A stretch of 20,000 nucleotides of DNA, taken from an uncultured virus (IMG/VR IMGVR_UViG_3300044630_004883). Its lineage: Duplodnaviria > Heunggongvirae > Uroviricota > Caudoviricetes. The notes beneath the pieces were generated by a model. That model ran no database searches. It saw nothing but the letters and a program-made list of their open reading frames with translations, and had not been told where the DNA came from. This document shows positions 8,301-14,187 of this stretch, piece by piece. The stretch is taken from the IMG/VR virus record IMGVR_UViG_3300044630_004883; one strand, written 5' to 3'. The position numbers and the translations under genes are program-made. Positions within the stretch are counted from its first letter, which is position 1. Each line of letters begins with the position of its first letter.

Positions 8301-10669
8301 TATCTAAAGTAGAATTGTCCAGCAGTTACACTTCGGTCGTTACCTTCATATTTTAAATCAGTTCCTACTGCATCTAAAATATATCCAATATCACGTGAAC
8401 AACTTACCTCATTATATTCGAATTCAGACCAAGATGATGAAATATATGCAATGGTTTCTGCTCTAACAAAATCTTTGTTATTAAAAATAATATTATATCC
8501 ATTATTAATATTAGCGGATGATGTTATGTATTGATTTCCTTTTAAAATATTTTGTGCAACACCACTTGCGTATTTAACCGCAGTTAATGTTGGTTCTAAT
8601 TGAGTTGTAGTAGCTTCGGATGGATATAAGTAATAAAATCTTGCACTCTTTATAGATTCTTCATTTCCACCATAAAGAATATCATATGCAGCTCCACTTA
8701 CAATATATGAAATATCTCTCTTACAAGTTGTTTCATTATATGAAAACTCACTCCAAGACGAACTCATATATGCAATAGTTTCAGATTGTATAAATGGTAT
8801 ATTATTTATAAGTAAATTATATGCGTTTTGTTTTTCACTTGATGTGCTAGCATTTGAACTACTTGGTATAATTGTAGGTAAATCACCAGTCCCATATTCA
8901 ATAGTATCATACACAATTGAAAATGATGATGATACCGAATTTATTGTTTGTAAAGATGATGTTGTACCTGTTTGATATTGGTTTACATTACTAAATTTAA
9001 AACTAGCAGATGTATTACTTACAATATTTGGAGCTATACCACCAGCTACAATAGACATAATTGTATCAAAACTATTATTAGTTGTAGTAATTGTAGGTGA
9101 ATCTACAGCTGAGGTTTTGTATTGAACAATATCAGTTGCTTGAATTGAATGAGATACATTTGATATACGAACATATGATTCGGTTGCAGGATTTCCTCTT
9201 TCAATTATATCATATAATATATTAAAATTAGTATCAACACTTGCAATATTTTGTAATGATGCGGTTGTTGATGAAGTATATTGATTTTCACCAGAAATAT
9301 TGTAAACAGATTGCGATGAATATCCATTTATACTACTTTTTGCAATTAAACTTGGTTTATTTACAATTCCATTGTCAATAATTGAACTTATTAATTTAAA
9401 ATCAGCTTTAACTATATCAGACACTTCATTCGAAGAATCTTCCGATAAAAAGTATTGTGGTAAAACATTAGGGTCAGTTACTCTAATTCCGTTTTCAGTA
9501 TTTGGTACCAATGCAGGAATCGTAGATAATCCACCTTCAATAGTATTAACAATAATTGAGTAATTATCTTGTACATTTAAGAACGCATCAAAGTTACCAC
9601 CACTACCCGTAATAAAACGTGAACCAGATGCGTACATACCATAATCACCAAATGAGGTGTTAGAGTTAAGTAATACCGCATGTCCACCATCGATAACTTT
9701 TACTGAATATGCTGAGAAGTTTGTGAAGAATGATACCAACTGAATGAATCCCCTTCCAACAACTTGACAACCCACACCATTTGGTGCAACCTGTGTATAT
9801 GCATCCAATACCATAGAGGCTAATGGAGAATCAGGATGGATTCTATTTCCATCTACGTTCAATCCACCACCTCCAGCAGGAATATCCTCATACAGCTCAA
9901 GGAATGAGTTCTCCTGATTTGAAATCATAGAACAGTTCTGAACGTATGGTGATGTTGTAATAAATGCGTTTGGTGCGAATGCAATTGCGAATCCACTTTG
10001 AGAATCATCAACCGATGGATATACTCTCAAACCAGCAAATGTCATCTCAGCAAGATAACAACCACTATTTACCCAAAATAAATCTTCGTTTTCGTTTTTA
10101 GCAATAATTTTAGTTACCCTTAATCCAGCTCCCCAAACAGTTGTGTTTCTTGGAAGTTCAATTGGGTTTTCTTCTAAATAAGTACCCGCATCAACAGTGA
10201 TTCTAAATCCACTAAAAAGAGAACCAGTTGGTAAACCATATCTACCATCATCACCCGGAGTTGCTAATTGAGCAGCTTTCTTAATAGTTCTTAATGGAAA
10301 TTGCGGTGAAGTACCACTATTATTATCATTACCATTTGTAGATGATACATAGATAGTTGAATCACTTTTTGCAAAATCCTCAACTAATATTCCACCAAAT
10401 CTTTGTGTATCAACCGATATATCAGAAAAAGATGCAGTTGCATCCAATCTACTTGCCGCATTGGCAAATGATAATGCACCATCAATTTGTAATGACCCAG
10501 TAATTTCAACCGAACCAGTTATTCTTTGCTTATCCGAAGTACGAGTACCAATATCAATACTTTGTGATACTAATAAAGAGCCAGATATAAATACAGAGTT
10601 GCCTACGGATATACTATCCCTAAACTGATTTACTTCTTCTATTTGTTTCTGTGGTATTAATCTAGCCAT
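2351..10669 (-). CDS. Giant putative virion protein (2772 aa): N-terminal beta-helix-like domain, 13 phycobiliprotein-like CxRD helical repeats, degenerate cupredoxin-like insert, conserved C-terminal domain
   Basis: Uninterrupted 8.3-kb ORF. YVSSTNGNDNNSG...PLRTIKKAA is a typical start of pectate-lyase-like beta-helices, followed by SPYVQNCS and SMVLDAYTQ...GFIQLVSFFT. It carries 13 CxRD repeats and ends GHDFSYSGAG...GGRVYFTS..GDFKIG..INQATG. It lies downstream of neck/tail-completion genes. Confidence 0.9.
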   Translation of the reverse strand: MARLIPQKQIEEVNQFRDSISVGNSVFISGSLLVSQSIDIGTRTSDKQRITGSVEITGSLQIDGALSFANAASRLDATASFSDISVDTQRFGGILVEDFAKSDSTIYVSSTNGNDNNSGTSPQFPLRTIKKAAQLATPGDDGRYGLPTGSLFSGFRITVDAGTYLEENPIELPRNTTVWGAGLRVTKIIAKNENEDLFWVNSGCYLAEMTFAGLRVYPSVDDSQSGFAIAFAPNAFITTSPYVQNCSMISNQENSFLELYEDIPAGGGGLNVDGNRIHPDSPLASMVLDAYTQVAPNGVGCQVVGRGFIQLVSFFTNFSAYSVKVIDGGHAVLLNSNTSFGDYGMYASGSRFITGSGGNFDAFLNVQDNYSIIVNTIEGGLSTIPALVPNTENGIRVTDPNVLPQYFLSEDSSNEVSDIVKADFKLISSIIDNGIVNKPSLIAKSSINGYSSQSVYNISGENQYTSSTTASLQNIASVDTNFNILYDIIERGNPATESYVRISNVSHSIQATDIVQYKTSAVDSPTITTTNNSFDTIMSIVAGGIAPNIVSNTSASFKFSNVNQYQTGTTSSLQTINSVSSSFSIVYDTIEYGTGDLPTIIPSSSNASTSSEKQNAYNLLINNIPFIQSETIAYMSSSWSEFSYNETTCKRDISYIVSGAAYDILYGGNEESIKSARFYYLYPSEATTTQLEPTLTAVKYASGVAQNILKGNQYITSSANINNGYNIIFNNKDFVRAETIAYISSSWSEFEYNEVSCSRDIGYILDAVGTDLKYEGNDRSVTAGQFYFRYPSEATTTQLNQTLDAIRYAKRLTEKLLNNDTFVTASNSVIGAVDLMRKNRSLIQTETITYINTQYPNLDYNQAKCRRDVGYIVDNITTDLLYGGNERTETAGLYYFLFPSVANTTQLTETINALQYVNALTDKILISEILPTPKIGLNIDSNIKVTAFNSVTSSISASNTEVTLVSQSFGIIEDIIRYGTDYIPSAIVGNSNDYIWNINNPINVSGITQIQSTLANANTQSISNNVNTIIKIIESGSSVTTEQTIGTDRNGAPISTVGIPKNSYGSNLITTVIGTTIPAEIQLVKNTAAGIKFGNGLQITSSISASATEIQKVSSSFSIVTDIIKYGISGSLSLSGSSEYSTYYEVIAFESANYLFNENQLNKFDNVLTASIEDGSIDPTLTLKRGELYTFSVNSLNIVNATELDFRPFYIKTDIKPGLRNQYTKGVTNNGVTFGTLTFIVPFDAPDTLYYVNGKDIEASGIINIVDELPISDTQRYIEIPSLGDFEVVANTINNIKVTNIPQIQSIYTASISESLSVSSSFATTIDILFNGVSNLPTTITNVSGLIKKRELSQYTSSFAVSSALRNTISSSFNIVTNIVTNGTGSVPALIENTNDLIKVTSVPQIIGLQSGSITQVNNVSSSFANIINIIKNGTGSIPVEISNINGLTKFSSTEQFTASLSASLEDVTFVSNSISIVSTIITNGSGSYITASLYGAASTQPSTLAAYQIIKQNIPFIQIETLSYLSSSWSTASYNEASCSRDIGLIVSGAAEDLLYNTISSSIVNGKYYLEYPSAAETTQINQTLDGIEYASKLTQKLIQNIIFETASMEVSASYNLIRKNREFVKSETIAYLSSSWSTFDYNESLCRRDIGHIIDAVSTDLLYGGNERSNTAGEFYYKYPSSATVSGSVSPTTAAQLYPTLDGINYARRLVQNIVVNNQFALAPDSRTNAYDLIVENKSLIQSEVVSYVSSSWSGVLYNDISCSRDIGYILDAVATDTLYGGNERSSVAGEFYYLFPSRATNGGVPSENNQLDSTLSGINYAKGMVNQLLQNNIFVTASLQTIGVTNLIIDNKPLIQNEVISYISSSWSNFQYNEASCSRDVGYILDAVATDFYYGGNERSITAGTFYYLFPSAATVSGSSSPSVDAQLYPTVDGVTYAQRLTNKIINNITLVTASLERQTTYDLLLDNKLLIQNEVISFMSSSWSGFEYIESKCKRDVGYIVDAVATDVLYGGNERSVTAGEFYYLYPSQATSVQSDQTITGVNHAFGLADKIVRNTLLVTASAETIANYDVILDNKGLIQTNVIYYIDSVYPYFTYNRTKCRRDVGYIVDAIATDLLWGGNERSIVAADYYYRYPSEATTIQLNETTEAISYVKTIINKLIQNNILQVPTVTSNTNNNIKFTNSNQISGAGTSNINVLNALSSSFGLVMNTITNGTGSLPAISQYTASLIDSGTLQAYSLIKSNIPFIQNEVIAYISSSWSGFAYNEASCSRDVGLIVSGAIEDLLFGSVSASVVNAKYYFEYPSAATGSQLYQTLDGIKYAASLSNKIAQNIQFVTASNEVSASWHLLRDNKEFIQNEVIAYVSSSWSGVYYNEDKCKRDVGYLIDAAATDLYYGGNERSVTAGSFYYLFPSAATQNGVPSTTSQLDPTVDGIIYASGLSQKVIQNVEFVQPSASVLVGADLLIGNKRFIQTEVIQYLSSSWSEFYYNEASCSRDIGYIIDAARTDLVYGGNERSIKAGTFYYYIPSEATTKQKPQTIDGIDFAKGMAEKVILKEQLVRPSFQTKLSVDLLRGSKKTLQSIAISYTAGAFPNFVYNEEKCYRDTGFIVDAIATDLLYGGNLRSVRAASSYYTGVYGSAAVVVNEQKKETAETNRYLRTQFQRIVRNAPVEEFGSLIITTGHDFSYSGAGVTYKALPFNQGGAGVADPTKEITELAGGRVYFTSGNELGDFKIGTGLIINQATGTLQGRTFSRSLFSLVTPFSLALEG
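2657..8830 (-). repeat. 13 CxRD helical repeats in three clusters (3+6+4)
   Basis: Cys codons (all TGT) have their first base on the minus strand at 8725, 8401, 8077 | 6052, 5728, 5377, 5032, 4681, 4357 | 3850, 3526, 3181, 2857. These are aa 649, 757, 865, 1540, 1648, 1765, 1880, 1997, 2105, 2274, 2382, 2497 and 2605. Spacing within a cluster is 108-117 aa. Consensus: N+xFIQxExIxYxSSSWxxFxYNExxCxRDxGYIxDAxATDLxYGGNERSxxAGxFYYxxPSxA. Confidence 0.95.
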
Positions 10670-11049
10670 TATACTATTTGTGTAATTTTACCTTTAATTT
10701 CAAAATCAGTTCTAACTACGTCAGCCGGAACTCTTGTTATACTTTCAGTAAAGGTTATAGTTATAGAAGTATCATCAAATGTTACCGAATATCTATCGTT
10801 TGTTTGCTTCACTCCGTATAAATATACATCTAAATAATCCTTGGAATCTGCAACGATTAAATCTTCATAAACAAATCTAAAATCATCCAAATTTAAAGTA
10901 AATAGTTCACCATTTAAAGAAATTGATGTTGGAGTTGCCTCATAGATAAACGTATCTTTGATTACTTCCAACACAAAATTTTGAAAAGATTCTCTATCCC
11001 TCTTTGTAGTTATACTACCTATATCTATATTTGGTTTTAATCTAGCCAT
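10669..11049 (-). CDS. Hypothetical phage structural protein (126 aa), small beta domain
   Basis: TAATG stop/start overlaps at both ends. LDVYLYGVKQ...YSVTF...ITITF...FEIKGKI resembles its neighbours. Confidence 0.8.
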   Translation of the reverse strand: MARLKPNIDIGSITTKRDRESFQNFVLEVIKDTFIYEATPTSISLNGELFTLNLDDFRFVYEDLIVADSKDYLDVYLYGVKQTNDRYSVTFDDTSITITFTESITRVPADVVRTDFEIKGKITQIV

Positions 11050-11423
11050 TAATTAATATTTTCTAAATCACCTTCTATTTTTACTTCATCATTAGATTCA
11101 AATGCCCAAGGTTGTCCATAATTTGGGTCATTTGTATTTTCAATTGTTGTTGGGAAATTTGTTCTTATAAATTTTATGTGAAAATCATTTCCAACTTGTT
11201 CAAATTGATAATCTCTTGCGGCAATAAATCCACCCCATACAAATACATCAAATCTAGCAGCAGTTCTTCTTTTATCAGCAACTCTACTATCTAATGTTTT
11301 TAATCTACAATTTGTAGCTTTCCATATCCAATATAATGAATGTACCAAATCAACGGGTTCCAAAATGAATTCATTTGGTTCGTTAACTTCTTTCATTATA
11401 TTTTTAAGAGTCTTTATGTTCAT
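11049..11423 (-). CDS. Hypothetical phage structural protein (124 aa), small beta domain
   Basis: ATGA overlap with the upstream gene and TAATG overlap with the downstream gene. Contains FDVFVWG...DYQF...FHIKF...NDEVKIEG. Confidence 0.8.
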   Translation of the reverse strand: MNIKTLKNIMKEVNEPNEFILEPVDLVHSLYWIWKATNCRLKTLDSRVADKRRTAARFDVFVWGGFIAARDYQFEQVGNDFHIKFIRTNFPTTIENTNDPNYGQPWAFESNDEVKIEGDLENIN

Positions 11424-12502
11424 AGTTGTTCAAATTTTCCTACAATATCCACTTCATCATTTATATCAATATCAAATCCTAATGTATTATTAAATGTAAA
11501 AACGATTTCATTTGTAGTTCCGTTAAAAGAATAACTATAAGTTGATGCTGGTTTAAATTCTGAATTAACATAAACTCTAAACCAATTTAAAGTATCAAAC
11601 GAACCAATTAGTTCATTTGGTAATATTGGTTTTCTAACATTTGTTAATTTAACAACACCTCTATTTACCCCACCAGTTATACCTACAAATTGTGCTGCTT
11701 GAGAACCCCTTATAGCAACAAAATCTATAACAAACTGATATTCATTATATATGTTAGGATTGGTGAACATAGTACCACTTAAATCCGTTTCTACACCCCA
11801 TACAACTTTCTTTGGTGTGAATGATTTTTTAACAACTGGTGCCTCATCACGAGTTTCAGGAAGTAAATATGCATTTACCACCATTGTGAATGTTGTTCTT
11901 ATAATTCTTTCCGAACCCTCTCCAACTTCTTGTTGATTATCAAACGAATCAATACGAGTTCTAAATTTGAATCCATTTTCAGTTCCCCAATATCTATCAG
12001 TTGCGTATTGAAATTGTTCAACAATTTTATTCATATGCTCGGTGAATGATGACCACACCATTACCTCATAAGTTACTGTTACATAGTCGGGTACCGAAAC
12101 TTCATATTGTTCATATGCGGGTTTTGTACCACTTTGTAATGAAAATCGTTCGTATCTATTTGTTTTAGAGTATCTTACATAAGCAGGTAACGTATTAACA
12201 TCTTTGAATTGAGCCATAGCGGCATCTCTTTCAATAGAGTTTCGTTTGAACATTACTAATGGTATTTGAATCTTACCTCTAGCATCTCTCAAATACCCAT
12301 CTACTCTAGCGTTTTTCCAACGTTCTGCATTACCATATATAAGTGGTACTTTAACCGCATTACCATTTTCTTCCACATCAGGAATAATGGTATCTACCAT
12401 ATACTCAGCTATGGTAGTATCTATATCAATAAGTTTTACACCTTTAGTGAACTCTTTAGATATCGAACGCTGTAAACCTCTATTTGTTTCTTTTTTATTC
12501 AT
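11420..12502 (-). CDS. Tail completion/sheath-stabiliser (T4 gp15-like) protein with a C-terminal beta extension
   Basis: KVPLIYGNAERW, IQIPLVMFKRNSIERD, VPDYVTVTYEVMVW...MNKIVEQF and RIIRTTFTMVVNAYL follow the gp15-family pattern I recall (VPxxY...LPxxxF...VPxxxxYxLxI...QIxEQI). It is third in a gp13-gp14-gp15-like order. Confidence 0.7.
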   Translation of the reverse strand: MNKKETNRGLQRSISKEFTKGVKLIDIDTTIAEYMVDTIIPDVEENGNAVKVPLIYGNAERWKNARVDGYLRDARGKIQIPLVMFKRNSIERDAAMAQFKDVNTLPAYVRYSKTNRYERFSLQSGTKPAYEQYEVSVPDYVTVTYEVMVWSSFTEHMNKIVEQFQYATDRYWGTENGFKFRTRIDSFDNQQEVGEGSERIIRTTFTMVVNAYLLPETRDEAPVVKKSFTPKKVVWGVETDLSGTMFTNPNIYNEYQFVIDFVAIRGSQAAQFVGITGGVNRGVVKLTNVRKPILPNELIGSFDTLNWFRVYVNSEFKPASTYSYSFNGTTNEIVFTFNNTLGFDIDINDEVDIVGKFEQL

Positions 12503-12957
12503 TAGATATCTCTCATTTCAGTTTGTATAGAACTTCTACGTGTCATAAATGTAGAACATATAATTGAGAATTTTTCTCCAGTCTGTCCACCAATTAATTG
12601 GTCCTCTCTTACATTATCAATTTCAAAGTATGCATTATTATGAGAAATAATATCTCCAATTTCTGGATAGAATCCCTTTCCCTCTAATGTGAAACGATTA
12701 AAACGGAATTGTACAGTCTGTCCACTATCTGGTCCAAATCCTTCATACGAAATACCAGTATCATCTCTCTCAATTACAGCAGTACATTGTGTTCCTTGAA
12801 AATACGATTTATTTAAAGATTCCCCATACAAATTTGTTTTCATATCAGAAATGACAAGTTTGTATAGAACTACAGTTGTTTCAATAACTGCATCTACCAA
12901 TTCTCTTGATATTCCTTCAAAAAATCGGATATCTCTATCTAATGCAAATCTTGGCAT
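12502..12957 (-). CDS. Neck/head-closure protein (T4 gp14-like)
   Basis: TNLYGES..KSY, FG, YPEIGDII and YFEIDNV match the gp14-like pattern (LYGE...F...P..GD.I...FEI..V). It sits between gp13- and gp15-like genes. Confidence 0.68.
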   Translation of the reverse strand: MPRFALDRDIRFFEGISRELVDAVIETTVVLYKLVISDMKTNLYGESLNKSYFQGTQCTAVIERDDTGISYEGFGPDSGQTVQFRFNRFTLEGKGFYPEIGDIISHNNAYFEIDNVREDQLIGGQTGEKFSIICSTFMTRRSSIQTEMRDI

Positions 12958-12958
12958 A

Positions 12959-14107
12959 TTATCCTACATATATTAGTAATGGAATTTTTTTCAACATCTC
13001 TTGCTGATGTTCTGATTCCTGAGCCTTAACTTCGAATTGGTTTTTTCTACTCAACTCCTCTAAGTTTTCTCTCAATTGTTCCATTAAATTATCCTTTTCA
13101 GTTTGAGCTTCAGCTCTTAGAGCAGCACCATCTAATGAAATTTCAGAACCTGGAATTGGAACTGAACTATATTTTTCTCTAATTGCTCCTAATAATTCCT
13201 TAGCAAGAGCAAGTGTATATTTTCTAATCCATTGTCTACCAACATCATTTATACTTTCATATTGAATAAAACTATATCCAATATTAGCATAATCAGAAAC
13301 TACATTTGGCTTTACCTTTGTAGAATTGGTTACAAATTCATCGGATACAAAATATTCAAAATATAATTTACCAGCAGTAGTTGGTATAGGGAATATTTGT
13401 AATTTGTTGTTAGTAATATTAAAGGAGTGTGCTGATTTTCTAATTTCATCATTAAATTCAATTGCTTGAATTCTTAACATATCTTCGAAAATTGGCATTA
13501 AGATAAATTGAGCTGCTGGTGAGAATGAACCAAATCCAAACTCATCAATTAAGTTAAGAGTTCCCTGTCCACTTACTGAATACGGGTCAAAGAATCTATT
13601 GATTGCAGGTGTTGGTTCGTGAAATACTTTTGTTATTTGTATTCGCTTTCCAGACTCGCTTACATCAGCAAATAAAGTTTGTAAATCGTAATTTTGTTGT
13701 CCACCCACTAAATCAACACTACCTTTTTTGATATCAGTACTTCCACCAGCACCAGCTAATGTACCATATGCCTCAACAATACCAATAAGAGTTGGTAAGA
13801 ATGAACCTTCAACAAATTTACCAGTGTAATCGGTACCAGTTGGATTACCCTTAAGTACATCCAAATTGTTTCTGATATTAAATTGATTTACCTGTGCACC
13901 GTATTCAGATACGGATTCTTCGAAACAAGCAAATAAACTTGCATCTACTAATTCCACATTTTGAATTGGGTATCCCAAACGAGTAGCAACCCAGTGGGCT
14001 ACCTTTGGAGCATCTTCACTAAATTCATAATCGTTATCATAAGTTCCAAATGGAGTTTCTCCCGGAAAGAATGATGATGAACCTGGGTATATGTATTCTA
14101 TTGCCAT
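12959..14107 (-). CDS. Neck/head-completion adaptor protein (T4 gp13-like)
   Basis: RLGYPIQNVEL near the N-terminus, WIRKYTLALAKELLGAIREKY...PG...LDGAALRAEAQTE, and terminal PLLIYVG are hallmark motifs of gp13-like neck proteins. Confidence 0.8.
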   Translation of the reverse strand: MAIEYIYPGSSSFFPGETPFGTYDNDYEFSEDAPKVAHWVATRLGYPIQNVELVDASLFACFEESVSEYGAQVNQFNIRNNLDVLKGNPTGTDYTGKFVEGSFLPTLIGIVEAYGTLAGAGGSTDIKKGSVDLVGGQQNYDLQTLFADVSESGKRIQITKVFHEPTPAINRFFDPYSVSGQGTLNLIDEFGFGSFSPAAQFILMPIFEDMLRIQAIEFNDEIRKSAHSFNITNNKLQIFPIPTTAGKLYFEYFVSDEFVTNSTKVKPNVVSDYANIGYSFIQYESINDVGRQWIRKYTLALAKELLGAIREKYSSVPIPGSEISLDGAALRAEAQTEKDNLMEQLRENLEELSRKNQFEVKAQESEHQQEMLKKIPLLIYVG

Positions 14108-14109
14108 TT

Positions 14110-14163
14110 ACTATTCCTTTCTAATTTTATCTTACCTATAAATATAAGAAAAAAAAGAATAGT
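14110..14163 (-). promoter_or_regulatory. Intergenic element: Shine-Dalgarno-like AAGGA inside a predicted hairpin, with a TATTTATA motif (putative late promoter) in the loop
   Basis: The minus strand reads ACTATTCTTTTTTTTCTTATATTTATAGGTAAGATAAAATTAGAAAGGAATAGT-AA-ATG. AAGGA (14115-14119) is 7 nt before the ATG. The ends can pair over 13 bp with 2 GU pairs. TATTTATA (TATAAATA on +) is at 14137-14144. This is the largest intergenic gap in the window. Confidence 0.45.
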
Positions 14164-14187
14164 GGTTTAGAATGGGATTATATAAAA

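Noticed and set aside
2657..8830. Diversity-generating retroelement template/variable repeat pair
   Set aside because: There is no reverse transcriptase in the window, and differences between repeat copies are not obviously restricted to adenines.
2657..8830. Calling the repeats true cpcA/apc genes of a phycobilisome
   Set aside because: They lack the N-terminal X/Y association helices, are fused within a phage structural protein, and no linker or lyase genes are in the window. Only motif-level resemblance is supported.
2351..10669. Intein or self-cleaving chaperone explaining the giant ORF
   Set aside because: I saw no Cys-start/His-Asn-end splice motifs, LAGLIDADG motifs or S74-type SD-x-R-x-K motif. 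The length is explained by repeats.
14140..14187. Rho-independent terminator at the U8 tract after the 649-aa gene
   Set aside because: No GC-rich stem precedes the U-run. The run pairs better with the downstream RBS region.
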